DNA of 63,715 nucleotides, the filler included, from Lenisia limosa (taxonomy: Eukaryota; Protista; Breviatea), in assembly GCA_001655205.1 (NCBI GenBank). It is 5 parts of 5 records of this genome, joined end to end, with 100 filler letters (N's around TTAATTAATTAA, not from the genome) between each part and the next. Parts side by side here need not be neighbours in the genome. Positions count along the whole stretch, not along the records: positions 1 to 21,956 come from LPNZ01005441.1; 4 more parts are not named here. One strand, given 5' to 3'. Below, piece by piece: positions 1-13,270 of the stretch (position 1 is the stretch's first letter; the number at the start of each line of letters is the position of its first letter). Under the pieces are notes generated by a model. That model was not told the DNA's origin. It worked only from the letters and a program-made list of their open reading frames with translations, and made no database searches. The translations under genes were made by a program, and so were the position numbers.

Positions 1-499
1 TCACGTTCTTAATCTCACAATTATAGGAGTATGGTTAAAGTCAAAGCTCTTAATTACTATTGTTCGGATGGAAAGAACAAAATCCAGTAGAGAGAAATAA
101 ATTCATGAATGTGGCTTGGCATGATAGGATCCCGAAAAATGGAGGTCAATGTCTTCTTTTACTACAATGGATTCTGCCTCAAACTATTCATTTATAATCC
201 CTCACTCTTCTTTTTTGGAATCTTATGCTATTGGAGACAATACAAGAATCCATGTTACACCGCAAGTATGAGGAATTATCTTAGGCTCACCATCAAGGTA
301 CAAAGCACTCTTTTCTTGAGAGATGGAATAATTTTGGCGACTGAACCTCCATTTACATCTCATTTTCTCCAGGTAAGAATTGGGATAGAATATTGGGTAA
401 AGGGCCACAAATACGAGAACAGTGATGGACAAACGGCCACGGATATGGGGATGATGATTGGCAAGGGGTGTGTGGTTCCTGGGATACTTAAAGACAATT

Positions 500-1167
500 A
501 ATCCACAGCCCTTGGTGACATTCTTAGGTTGGTGACAGCTATTATCATGCAAAAGTGTTAATTTGAAACAACAATCAGAAGTTGATAAGTTCCTTGCAAT
601 TGATTCTCGAAAGTCAGCTGTCTCCTCATTTTTCACAATTTAGGGACATGAAAGAAACATAGTATTTGAAATTGTGGCCAAAGCACTCAGAGAACCTTCA
701 TTTAAAACAATTGAAAGCTCTCAACTGGAATGTGGCTACACCTCAACTGGTTTTAATCCCAATCATGTCAAATATCATCAAGGTCGCTCCTCAACGGATG
801 CGTATCCAAAGGTCACTTTTCAATATCTCAACGCTTTGTTTAACCCAACAAATTTGAATGCACCAACTGAAGCCCCAAATTTATATCTTCCAGTTCCAGG
901 AAATCCAGAGAAAGGGCGAGGATTTGTCAGCAGATCAAGCAATCGGTTTACAAGCACGTATCAAACTTAGAAGCGATCCTCGTGTTGAAGATCGGTCTCA
1001 CGCAAGAAAAAGTGTCTTATTTGGAAGGTGCGGCTGCAGGACTATCAGTTGTTGCACTTCGTGACCCATCTATTTTTGAAAAACTACCCATCNNNNNNNN
1101 NNTCTCTCTTTCTCCAGAATATGCACAGATTCTTGAAGACGCTGTTAAATATGTCTCCATGTCTTAA
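500..1167 (+). pseudogene. Decayed intronless ORF of unknown identity (possibly mobile-element derived)
   Basis: Protein-like frames (SVNLKQQSEVDKFLAIDSRK..*GHERNIVFEIVAKALREPSF...TYQT / LEAILVLKIGLTQEKVSYLEGAAAG...) joined across one stop and one frameshift; no family recognised. Confidence 0.3.
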
Positions 1168-3054
1168 ATATGCCTTCGTGTGATTTGGTATTAAAGCCAG
1201 TTCAATTTTTTGTTTTGGAAAAGGGGGAAAGTGCCGCGATCCTGCATCCTGATCAGATATGTCTTTTTTTGATTATTTTACAATTAATTGTTTAGGTAAT
1301 TGCAAACACAAGTGAGTTGAAAAGTGATAGGGTGAAGAAAAAGGCGAATCAAGGAGGGTTGATCAATCCTAATGCAGTGACTGTGACAAATTTGAGAAAA
1401 CATGCCAAAAAAGAAGTTAATAACAGTTTACATGCATATTTTTCACCCTCTCTTTTATCGTGTTTTGTCTTTTTTGGTGTTGAAAGCGCTGTCTTATCTC
1501 AGTGTACAAAATTGTAATTTTTCAAAAAAAAACTTAATCAACATAAAATCTCAAAACCGTCGGAGTTTATCAAAAGCGTCGGGGTTTCTGCGCCTGAGCA
1601 TATCCATCTTTGTGGGTGTCTTCGATATATCTTCATGTTGACAATAAACGAAATTATGTTCAGATTGAACCTCATCTGAATAGACTTGGAGACCATGGGC
1701 TCATGATGGGCGGTTTTGCAAAGCCTTATGAATGGCTTTCGAAAATTCAAAACCAGGGACACAAGGTAGGATAAGTGGATGGTATAGCAATGTAATATTC
1801 CAGAAAGATCGCATTTTTGGACTTGGCCTCAGGGTCTCCGAGAGGAACGTTTGTCTCTGTCCTGTCACCCCCATGACTTTGCTCTTGCATTCTCAGCTGG
1901 AAGTGAAGTGGCGATGATTTCACCTTTTGGCCGTATGTTTTTCAATAATTTTGGGAAATAACTGCCTTATTATATAATTCCCAGGCCAAGGGCAGTAATG
2001 TGACAACTGTGTTTTCCAATAAACAGCATAGTGTGTAACAAGGAAAATGAATATAATATGCTGTGTTATTTTGAATACTCAGTTTATTTTAGGAATTAGA
2101 TTTATGTATATAGATACTTCCGAGTGTCAACATACTGATATGCTACGTGATCTGCTAGGCTCAACCGGTTTCACNNNNNNNNNNCTGGCTTTCGGCCGCG
2201 ATTAGACATAATTATTACCACAGTTTCTAAAAGATGGATCAGGTAAAAGCCTACTGTTCAAGAATAGAAAATCATTTTGGTCTGAAGTCGTTGTTTAAAA
2301 AGGAACCAACTATCTTAAATATTCTGAAATATGAACTATAACTGCTTAACAGAGTAAAAGAGGGAAAAAAAAAAAAAAANNNNNNNNNNAGTAGCTGCCT
2401 CCTGTTCAAGAATAAAAAACCGTTTTGGTCTGAAGTCGTTGTTTAAGTGAAAAAGGAACCAACTATCTGAAATATTCTGAAATATGAACTATAACTGCTT
2501 AACAGAGTAAAAGAGGAAAAAAAAAAATTCAAAGAAAAGGGGAAATGCGCGTTACGTTGGCGCAATTTTTTTAAATATCCAGCTTGTATCTGTGAACCCC
2601 ATTTTTTACCTTCTTCGTCAATTAGAGCACTAATAACAATTGTATAATCATATCCAAAGAGCAAATCGTGAAAATCGAAAAAAAAAAATGACAAGATCAC
2701 CAACAAGATCACTTGGAGATCAGCAAAAATTAACAAATCAAAATGTCCTTATCTTGTGTTTTTTTGTAATTATTTTATTATCGATGATGTCTAAATGGTA
2801 TATGTACCATTTTTTCGGTGAAGAATGGCAAAAATTGAGCAATTTTGAATTATACCAGGTTCCTTACCCCTGAGTCATCATATAAATGATTAGCAATAAA
2901 AATTAGGTACAAAAAAGCAATCAACAAGGAAAGAAAATTTATGAAACAAAAAAAAAGCCCAAAATAAACTTTGTTGGCTGCAAGGGGGTGGGATACCACA
3001 ATCCCACAAACATTTACATTTTTGAGGAAAATGAGGAGGATGATTCTACCAATG

Positions 3055-4243
3055 TCAGACGGTCGTTAAATGACAATCCACGTTGGTCGTGACACCGGAG
3101 AAGATCAACTCTTTTGCTTTCGGCACTGACTGAAGGAGATCTGTCTTCTTCGACTTGGCAACTTTCAACCATGCGCTGTAGAAAAAGTCCACTTGCTCCC
3201 GCATTACCAAAAAACTACACCTCTTAAAAATGTGAATGACATCTTGAAGTGGTAATACTAGAACTCCATTTTGTTCGAACGGAGAAACAAGAACGTGTGA
3301 AAGGAAGACTGACTCAGAAAGCAGGACCTTGTCCTTTTTCGAAGATGGGAACCAAATATCAGTACCGCTGGCAGAAAATGCTGTCTTAAATGAAAGTACA
3401 TCATACAAGTGAGATGATCTTGGCGAATGAGGTTGTATCTCAACGGCACGACGCCCTATTCCTCGTAGCTTTGATACTTCAGCTTCCATACAGTGCGAAC
3501 ACCACACAACCTTCACTTCGTCTAGCAGGACTGCTTGCTTCACCTTTATCCCGACACTTAGTAACTCGTCTCACATCTGGTTCTTTGGTGTGCAAGGCGA
3601 ATTGCCCTAATTACAACTTCTTGTAGAGAGAGGACTGTGCCAGTTGGTAAGATTACCTGGCAATTTCTCAGGGCACCATCATCAGAGCGAACGCTAAGAG
3701 GCAAAGGGACATCCTGACAAACCTCCATGTTTAAGAACAGCAATCTTCTTGCCAGCCGGAATGTGAATTACGGTAAAGGTCTTGAAACTCGCTCCACGAT
3801 AGCACCTTGTTGTACTGCAGACTGCATGGCGTTAACAATGGTGTCTGACTGAGAGTTTTTGTGCTCTTCAGAAGCAACAACAGCATGGCTTAGCTCCTGT
3901 ACACGGGTTAATCCAGCTGGAAACTTCACGGAGGTTGCAGCAAGCATAGCAGCGGCTCCTTTTAAAAAGGCAGCATTATCGCAACCTTTTGGAGGCCTGT
4001 TCAGATAAAGCCTGCTCAAATACAAGCGTTCCTTTGGCTTGGTAGTAGTGATGTCAGTCAAAGCAGCTGCCCTCTCCAGGATTGTGGGTTTACACGAAAT
4101 TTTGATAAGAGCGGGGATTCGAGGGTAGACTTTTGGTACATGGACAGGGGCATGGGTGTTAGTGAAGGTAAATAGTTTCTTGAGATTTTGAGTGCTGACG
4201 GTGGGGTAGCCTTCAGAGGGGGGAGGGAAAGCAAGTGCTCATT
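3055..4243 (-). pseudogene. Decayed intronless ORF of about 390 codons, unknown identity
   Basis: Track ORFs 3768-4061, 3558-3743 and 3055-3543 are adjacent on one strand; the first frame stays open up to about 4238; breaks are stops or frameshifts without splice signals. Confidence 0.35.
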
Positions 4244-5689
4244 GTAAACAGTGTTATTTCGTCTTGTCTATATTCTAGTGTATAGAACATACTCTTAAAT
4301 TTTATTGCCCAAAAAACTGAGATTAAGGGCTTAGACAGCAGCATCAAATCCGCCCGGACCGTGGCGTCACAATCCCTTTTTACTGCGTCCACTGCCTCCC
4401 CTCTCCCCTTTTTTATTTTAAACTTCCAAACAGAGAAGAAGAATAGAAGAATTATTTATTTTGAAATTGGGGTATCTATCTATTACTACAACCAACCTGC
4501 CCCTCTTCGATCGCGTTTCTTCTCCTTGTTTGTGAGTACTTGTTGGCAGATGAACGTAACTGTTTAGCTATTTTAATGAATAATGAAGGACGCCAAGAAC
4601 CTCTGCTTTCAACAAGAGATGCCTATACTAAACTCTTCTTCAAGCATCTGATCAAGTGGATAATATAAATCTCTCTGGCACCTATATATGATATGTAATA
4701 TGATAATATGTGTGGGGGGGCTGTGGAGCTGTGTATCAATACTCCCTTGTTAAATGTAGGTCTTATATTGTGTAAAATGTAAAATAGTATGATATGCTAT
4801 GTGTAATATATCATCTGTAAAAAATTTCACGCAATGAAATATCATTCATTATTACAGAGTTGCATTCTGGAATGCTTCACCAGAATGAAGATGATGAGCC
4901 ACCTACTCCCAAAGAGATCACCACCAGCCTGGAAGAGCTGAGACTTCCGCTCACCGGCACAAGCGATGCCAAGCAGGCATTTAGGGAACGTTGGTTAAAC
5001 CCCCCATCAGCTCTATTTAAAGTTTCACTTCACAAGCTTTTGAAACTAGAATGAGTACAAGGGCAAAGAGACACGGTTGCCGGGGAGAAGCCCAAGACAT
5101 GCTCACTACGGATACAATTGTAATGTGTCAGAGCGTGATTGATGTCCTTGGTGCGGTGGAATTATCCAGACCTGGATTCATTCTCAACTCATTTTATCTC
5201 AAGTTGCTTAAGTTGCTTGCATATGGTAACAGTTTTTAGATTCTAACGATCAGTCTCACACAAAACCCCTGTGAGTTCTTATTCGGTCGTATCAGGATGT
5301 GTATGGGGGACCAAAATACAGTTATGGACCGATTATTTACTTTTTTTTAGTTTCACCGTTAGTGTTCAGGAGGGCGGGGGAAAACCCTACAATTCAAAAC
5401 GCTTTCCAGCGTATGAATACAGAACAGAAGAAACGGAGTGCTAGAAGAAAGCTAAGATTAGTGAAGTTGATGAAACCGCAGGTTTGTGATATACAAAGAC
5501 AAGTTCAACCGAGGCAAGCGCCTATAATTCCATGTTTCTCTATTGGTGTGTATTGTTTTTTGACAACTCTTCTACTATCCATTGAAATCCTCTAGCGATA
5601 AACTCCTCCAAAAAGTCCCTCATACATTTCCATAGCATCAATAAGTTAATTTGGCTCAGTGACCCACAATTGAAACCCCTCCCCTCAAT

Positions 5690-6160
5690 TTAAGAATGGA
5701 AACAATTTATGATACAATGGTGAAATATTAGATCAAGTTCTGAGCTCTGCCGGGTGCAGCTTCCACGAGTAGCGGAAGCCTGGCTGAGCAGTGCCATTGC
5801 ATGTATGTTGATACTCCTGCCTATTCTTATAATAAGTAAAACCCTGTATAAAGGGGTGTTTCGGGCGATAATTTGCAAAAAAAGGCAAAAGAGACGTAAA
5901 TAAGGAGCGTATTGGTTCAAAATTGAAAGAAAAGCCTCCTTTTTTGTTCGCGGTTTTAATCATGGTCGCGGTTAAAACTACATTTATAGTAAACTGTTTA
6001 TCATCCAATATATTTTGATCTATCACCCTAGGCATTTGATAATTACCATACCCAGGGCGGAGAGGCCAAGTCTAACATAGACTGTGTCACAAGGCTTCAT
6101 ACGAAGAAGTTGAGCAAATGCAGATTCCAGACGGCGAACGTCCACGGCTTTGACCACCTT
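5690..6160 (-). pseudogene. Possible decayed tyrosine recombinase (Crypton/DIRS/virus-like)
   Basis: Ordered fragments resemble YR architecture: VRRLESAFAQLLRMKPCD (R..L...D-like), MIKTANKKGGFSF..SLLPFFANYRPK (KT box and RP), NIHAMA..ASAT..SSELDLIFHH (box II-like). Catalytic residues are not intact; by-eye match only. Confidence 0.3.
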
Positions 6161-8509
6161 AAAATATTAATCGGATTTTTGGAGATTCACACTTGGGTAT
6201 GGAAGAAGAACAGGGGGCAAGGTAACAGCCCCGAGTGTTGAGCCGGAACAACTCCCATTGTTCTTCAACAATGTTTTCTGATGGAATGTTGGCAAGTGAC
6301 TGTTCTTTTTTCCTGTGCTTTCTTTGGAGTTGGAAGTAATAGTGGTACTTTAGTTGGGTTTTTTTCAGAATAATAAAACATTTATTTTTTGACAGAATGT
6401 GAGGTTGCTTTTGGCTATTGTGAAAGATCAAACACCACACAGCTGACCAAAATTGAGTCCTATGTGACTATACCGAGTACAGCAAAGTTTCTTTCATGAG
6501 TCAACTTTCACCTAAGCTGGAAATTTTACTTCTCCAGACAGTGTTCTACGTCTCCGAGTAGGAACAAACATTGGATTTGTTCGAAATTGTTTTAGAGTCT
6601 TACATACTGCCCAACAGCTCTTTCAGTCCTTTACCACCCTCCTAAGCCTACAGAACCCCATTGCGGCAGCTGGAGAGGTTGGTTTGGGAATAAAGCAATC
6701 TACTCCATATTCTTAACTATTTTCTACAGCTGTATTATTCTTAATATAATACAATTTCCTCTCTGCTGTCCCCATCTCAGAAGGCATTGATTCAATGAGA
6801 GTAATGCTCCACCCATTATTTCCAACTATTTGTAATTACATTATCAACTTCCTTTTCCCTAAAGATGCTTTAAAGCTTTACTGACGCCGCCTGTTCAGCT
6901 TTGTTTTTAATTATGATTTTGCCGTCTTGAACACCAAGGAGCATTTATTAGTGTTTGGCGGATGAAGTTGAATAAATATTATTGAAAATACTCCCCTCAG
7001 CAACCTTCTGGGCGGCAGTGGCGGCAACGGGGGCTACGTCCATGTTCGACTATAGGTGAAATGAGGAATTAGAAACAATACGAGAAATTGGAAAACTGAA
7101 ATGGCTGGTCGAAGTGTGTTAATGACATATTACATATACTACATGAACATATGATATGTGATACTGATATTTGTGCTTGATACGTAAAAAAGAATGTAAC
7201 AGACGAATGAAGGTGAAAAGCAATAAACATACTGAATCAAATAAGTTCTATCCCCCAGCACAGGTTTGCCTACTGTCTCGTACAACAGTATAACGGGTAA
7301 TGCTATACATAAGCACAGTTTATTAGTAGAAAGGAGATAAAGGAGGTTAAACAATCTCCTTTTTTGTTCTGTTTAATAGTTTTCTTTTTGAAAGGGTGGA
7401 AGCGTAGAGTAGTATTTTTTTCTGTAACATTAGATAGGACGCATTTAGTCATTCCTGACCACAAATCCGCAAAAGATGGAGAAACTTCCTTATTCGGCCA
7501 ACGTGGCTGTTGTAGGTATGACAAACTCTGTTTATCATTATTTGAGAGGCAAGCACAAAGCTTTTGCCAGGTAATATTGCGCTTTGGCCAGATATCACCA
7601 CATTCTTTATTGCTTGTTTTTGTTCTTGTTTTTTTTATCACCTTTTCAGGTACCCACAAATACAACCACGAGTTCCTAAGGTGAAATTACAGCAAGGCCC
7701 TGTACATCTACTCAAATGAGTAACAACTGCTGCTGGAGCACAGGGTCCTACAAAAGGAGGCCGTATTCGACCTTAGCTCTTTTAATAAGATGCGGTGAGT
7801 ATACATGTATATGTTATGTGTTGTTTTGTGGTTTAAGTAGAAATCCAGAAAAGTTGCAATTCATTACTTCCAGCTGCGACCTATGCTCGGCTATTTTTTT
7901 TGTCAAAATACGCTCATTGAACTGTTCTAAAAGTACTGGAGGCAAAGTGTAATATACTTGGAAATGACCTGCAGCAGAAAAAAAAAAGCTAAAAGATGAA
8001 GAAGAGCGACCTCCACATCTCCACATACGCAATTACAGAATCGACATAACCGTCGACACTTCTGCAGACCAAGTGTTGCATTCCTGACGTGTTCAGATGC
8101 TTTATTGTTTCACTGTCTGCATCTGGGCTGACTTTTTGCAATATTTGTTCCGTTGTACCCACCAAAAGCTGGTTTTCACCACTGACACTCAAGATAGACA
8201 TCCCCACCCAAGTTAATATCTTCTGTTATTGTTGTTATCTCGAAATATCTTTCTTGGCTGCTTTTTTTCGTTTTTCCTCCAATTACTCTGTTTCTCAGAG
8301 AGAGCCTCTAGAGAAAAATTCCTACTCGATGACGTTGTGAGCTTGTCCAGATTATCCCCTTCAAAAAGGCGGACCAGTATCCCCCATATTTATATACTAT
8401 ACACCTCCTAGTTTCATCAATCCACAGACCGACTTAGATCCCCAAATCAAATACAACTTGATTGAATCTTGATTGAAGCCAACCTCCATCCTCCTGTGGT
8501 CTTCCAGCA

Positions 8510-9181
8510 ATGCTGAGAGTATATTCATTGATTTAACTCAGTTTCATTCATTGAAGCAATACCCAGGAAGAGAGAAGAATGTTGCACTGTCTGCAAACAT
8601 ACGACTGCAAAAAGGTTCGATGATGATTTTGTCATAGACTTGGGTGAACTTGCTTTACCTGCCTCTTGTGACATTTCATTTCCAGATGCAAGTGATCTGT
8701 TTTGTTTTCAATTAAAAGGTTTTTTTACACAGTAAAGTTAGTGTCTCCAGATGAAGGGATATATTGTGGTGGAAGTTTTGTTTTTAGGTTTCAGATTCCA
8801 ATCAATTTTCCTCATTCTCCACCCAAGATTGTGTGTCTCTCCAAGGTTATTGAATATCTTCAAAAGATTTTTCACCCAAACATTGACCCAGACGGAAATA
8901 TTTGTTTGAATATTTTGAGAGAGGATTGGAATCCAGTTTTAAGTATAAATTCAACAGTATATGGAATCCAGTTTCTTTTTTTAGAGCCTAATTGTGATGA
9001 CCCGCTCAATAAAGGTTTGGCATGTTATTCTTTTTCTGAGTCACAGGATGTAAATTGCTCTTTTGTATTAGAGTGTAACAGATGTGCTAGAGTTATTTTT
9101 TTAACTAACCGAACTATGAGTTTTTTTCAAACATTTATTTTTTATTTTTGTCTTTTCACCCTCAAGAATATTCGTATTTAA
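8510..9181 (+). CDS. UBC12: NEDD8-conjugating enzyme UBC12 (UBE2M-like) with tiny introns; 3' end uncertain
   Basis: Spliced product MLR|FHSLKQ...SANIRLQK|DLGELALP...FQLK|[15 protein letters not shown]...PPKIVCLSK|[49 protein letters not shown]. Introns 8519-8541, 8615-8637, 8719-8741 (23 nt each) and 8846-8866 (21 nt), all [13 protein letters not shown] is the UBC12-type active-site signature. Confidence 0.9.
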
Positions 9182-9532
9182 TTATTTTTTTAAAAATAAA
9201 AGCTACTTGATAAGCAATGCAAGACTGTTGTAGTACAAACTTTGACAAGTGTAGTTCTTTTACCTTATTCACTAATATTGACTAATATTTTCCCAGTGGT
9301 AATGTCTATAATGCTGTAAAAACAAAAATATATTGTAAATTGACATAGTATATATATCATATCATACTAAGATACTGGTGACTTGTTAAATAGTGACTGA
9401 TATGTCTTTTCTGCAGGGAAATCGGATTTTGCATCTTTTTATGATTGTAAAAGTGTATTAAAGCCGGAGTTAACTAAAGGTGGTTTAGTCCTCTTTTTTT
9501 ATTTTGGAAAATAATAATAAAAGTATGGTAAG

Positions 9533-9634
9533 TAGGAATTCCCTACGGTCTGAAAAAGACCGGTAAAATATCGATATTTATCGAGAATTTATCGAGAAAT
9601 TCAGTTTTTCTTCGGGCCCGTAGGGAAGGCCCTA
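9533..9634. mobile_element. MITE variant sharing the core of the hAT-type MITE family but with different terminal repeats
   Basis: Core GAAAAAGACCGGTAAAATATCGAT...TTTATCGAGAAATTCAGT is near-identical to the copy at 63098; ends are TAGGAATTCCCTACGG and CCGTAGGGAAGGCCCTA. Confidence 0.7.
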
Positions 9635-12600
9635 CGGGCCAAGGCCTAACTAATTAAATTGAGCCTTCGGTATTATTTTGCACTCATTCCGTAGGGAAGT
9701 TTTTCGTATAAAACAGTTTTACTTAATGACTTGGAGATTCTAAAAATGGGTGAACATTACCTGGAATGTGCCCAACCTATGAGGCCAATATTGCAATATA
9801 TCGATACTAAGTAGGTGTTGGTTTTGCGTAGTCTCTTAAATTATTTAAATTCCTCAAATATCGGGTTTAAACCCCAAAAAGGTGAAAAATAGCGAAGCCC
9901 AAAATCGTCCAAAATTGGAACAACCTCGGAAGTCGGGAATTACGTTTTTCTACTCGAAGCTCTTTCATACGGAAAATTACACGGTGGAATTATCGTCTTT
10001 TTAATTACTAAAATTATACTATTATTACCCAGAGGCCAGTTTTAGGCAAAAATTTTCCTCTTGATGTTAAAGTTAGTATTCTAAGACAATCTAACAGAAA
10101 TAGAAAGCTAGATGCACTAAATCTGGAACTTTGATCATCCTAAGGATCATCCAGTTTTTTCCCTCTTGAAGTTTTTTCACCTCTGTCTCTTCCTCTCTGC
10201 TTCTCTTCGCATGTTTCACAACAGCTTTGACTACGTATGACAGTGCTTAGATGGTTTTTGAGGAGAATTTCCTTAGAATCATCATTGATTGGACTCCCGC
10301 TTTAAACATTAGAGCTGGATAAATGATTCAAAAAAATAAAAAAAATTCCCTAAAATCACCATAAAGTGGACCCCGGCTTTAATAATACCCTACATTTATG
10401 ATGTACAGATTATTCGAATAATAAGTCAATACTCAGAGTAGATACAACACCGAATTAGACACGGCAGAAAAGTCCACGACCGCGTCCACGTGTTCCTTCC
10501 TTATTTTTTTCCTTCACCCTGGCTTTCTCTTATCTACGTGCCTTTGCAATTTCTGCTGCAACTTTAGACGGCGCTTGTCAAAGTCCTCTGCAGTCACGAC
10601 AACATCAATTGAAGTTCGGCCAGGGCCAAGCGCAGGGGATGGTGGTCTTGCCGAAATGGATTCATAAACCAACGGGCTGTTGTGCCAAGGTAGAAGACCG
10701 TGTGGCTTCCGCATCTCATAGTCGGCTTGCTCACGAGCAGTAAGTGATTGCGCATGATTCTGTAAAATTGCCGTTTTGTTACTGTCTCCTTGTGCAGTGC
10801 CTTCCTTGTATATACGGACAATCTTTCTGTAGGGGTGTCGTTGAGGACAGTGCTTTCGGTGCTTATACCTTAATTATTAAATACACTAATGGGTACTACA
10901 CCATCCATACCTGTTCTACAGGACCTGCTGACAGTTGTGGAGGTGGATACAATCATTGCATCTATTGCTCGCCTTGCAGCAGATGGAACACTCAGGATGA
11001 AATTGAAACTTATTACTAAGAGTATAAATTGGAAGAAAAAAAGAGGGGAATTCAAGAAATATAAAATAGTCACGATACCGGGGTTGGAACCATGCCCTGG
11101 TATACTGGGTCATTTTTGGTGACAGCTTTAGAGAGGTTAGACGAGTGGTTGAATGAAAGAAATCAAACTTTTTGTTCGAGGTCTTTGTTCTTGTGTATTA
11201 ATGCCAAATGCTGGACAACTCAATAAAAATACTTTTAAAAACTTCTTTATTCACTTTTAAAAGGGGGTTTTCAAAAAAAAAAGGCTATAAGGCAGGAATC
11301 AGGGGGTGGGTCTAAAAAAACTAAGGAAGAAGACCCCATTATTGTAACAAGTACTTAAGAGGCCCCTCACTTTAGTCAAGCACCACAAAGACCCACAAGT
11401 TAGTAGTAAGTGTTTAAAGCCCGCCGTAAGCTGTTGATAAACAAACAATAATCCTAACATCTCCAAGAATGATGCCTCGCTCGGCAACACTGGGCTGTTT
11501 AAAGCGAGATGTGTTTCGAACTTTTTAGGTTCGTCTTGCAAGTTAAAAAGAACAAAAGAAAACAAAATAATCTCATTTTTCTTATTTGGGCGATCTCAAA
11601 CAATTTCCTGATCTCTATTATTTGCTCTCTGAATTGATTGTTATTGAAAGGTACAATCATTTGAAAAGAAAAAAGAGAAAGAGATGCATTGAACATTGAG
11701 AAATCAGGAATTTGCCCCATCAAAGGAAGAAAATATCCAAATCCATCCAATCCTGGCTTTCTCTGAAACAGAGGGGGCCTTGTGCTCTCTCAAGCCTTTC
11801 TTCCCGGAAATGCAAATTTTATTCAATAGATTAGTTTTTTACGGGGGTTAGAGTGGTTAGTAGCATTATCACCAAACTATGTACATCTCGATTTAAGATT
11901 GAAAAAAGGCGGCCAACTTTGTATTAATGTTCCAATAGTCTATTCTCTTGAGCAAATAGTGTTTTTTTCGAGTGTTTTTTGTAGACAGATATTTTCCCCA
12001 AATATATAATCTATAAAATTAAATTCATAAAAACGAGGTATAGCAGCCAAACATTATTCGGTTGATTGTACATGTCATACTTAATGACGCATATTTCCCT
12101 TCAGGAAAATCGGTGAAGACTTACCAAGTCATAGATATGACAAAAGCAAGGTCCGATTTGTTACATTTTTTCTGGCAACAAAAGCAAATTGGTAAATCAG
12201 AAAATCATCTCAAGTCTAGCTCGGTTACTGTTCTTTTTGTCCTTCTACCAAGGCAGATTGTGGAACTACATAACCTGCTTTTAGCCTGAGAACATCTTTA
12301 TAGTGGGGTTAAAGGACATTATGTGAGCGCCTTTTTTTTAGTGGCCAAATGGGATAATTATCGGTTTAAGACTGTTTTTGGGCCCGAGGTCGAGAGTTCG
12401 AAACCCAGAGTTTCTGATCTTGCCACATCCCCCCTTTTTCCTTTCTCAGCGGTCTTTTAGAAGGAGTATAAATGTAAAGCTCTGGTAGAATTGTTAGAAT
12501 TGCTTAAATCGAGAAAAATTCAAAAAATGCCCATTTAACTTTCACCCCGCTTTATACATGAATGCCCAATATAAAAGTCAACAGCGGCTCAGCAGTTATT

Positions 12601-12721
12601 CAACTCAACCAACGTTGGTGATAAAACCTTGAAACCACTGAGATTTCTCGAGGTGAAAATCTTGTTTACTAACATACTTAGATATTCAAGAACTTCAATT
12701 AGACCTGAACTTCAACGGTAA

Positions 12722-13270
12722 TGATCCCCTGAGACTTGTGGGTAAGGCGCTTCTTGCGGTGGGCTTTGCGGAGAGTATTGACCAGGTCAGTCTTCTTGAT
12801 GGCAAGACGCTACTCATGGTCGATGAAGCAGGCGGTCATGGCTGCCTCGTTGGCGTTGATGTTGAGGTCAACATATATATGTATATATGTCAAAGTGGGT
12901 CAACATTTATAAATATGGTATGCAAGACAATAAGGAAAAAATATGGTATGTAAGACAATAAGGAATTTCAAGGCAATATGGAAACATTTACAATATTAAA
13001 CTGTTACAATAACCGAGCTCCTTCCCAAAAAAAAAAAGAATCCAACCAACTATTGCTCGCTTTCTCTTTCATTTCGGAAACCCTTGAGAAAGATGTAGTA
13101 GTCCTGTACAAATACCCCCCCCCCTCCAACAAATATAAAATAAACAAATTTATTTGAAAATGCGGTTCGTCGTGCTCTCAGAGGTGATCTCGTCAGTCGG
13201 CATGCAAATGCTGCTAAGTTCAGCGGACTTTACAGGAGTACGAGAGAACAGTTTCAAGGGTGTATACCTG
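12722..13270 (-). mobile_element. Diverged, internally deleted Kolobok-like transposase remnant
   Basis: 13270-13140 translates to FSRTPVKSAELSSICMPTDEITSESTT (compare LSGTPVKAASLRNIFKPADETTSERT at about 42.9 kb); 12870-12722 gives DLNINANEAAMTACFIDHE*RLAIKK (compare ELEIDANVAATTAVFLDREYRRLKKK at about 44.65 kb). Confidence 0.7.

Noticed and set aside
2240-2530. Tandem duplications flanking 10-N gaps (also 15660-16220)
   Set aside because: Near-identical sequence on both sides of a minimal gap is most simply unmerged contig overlap or allelic sequence.
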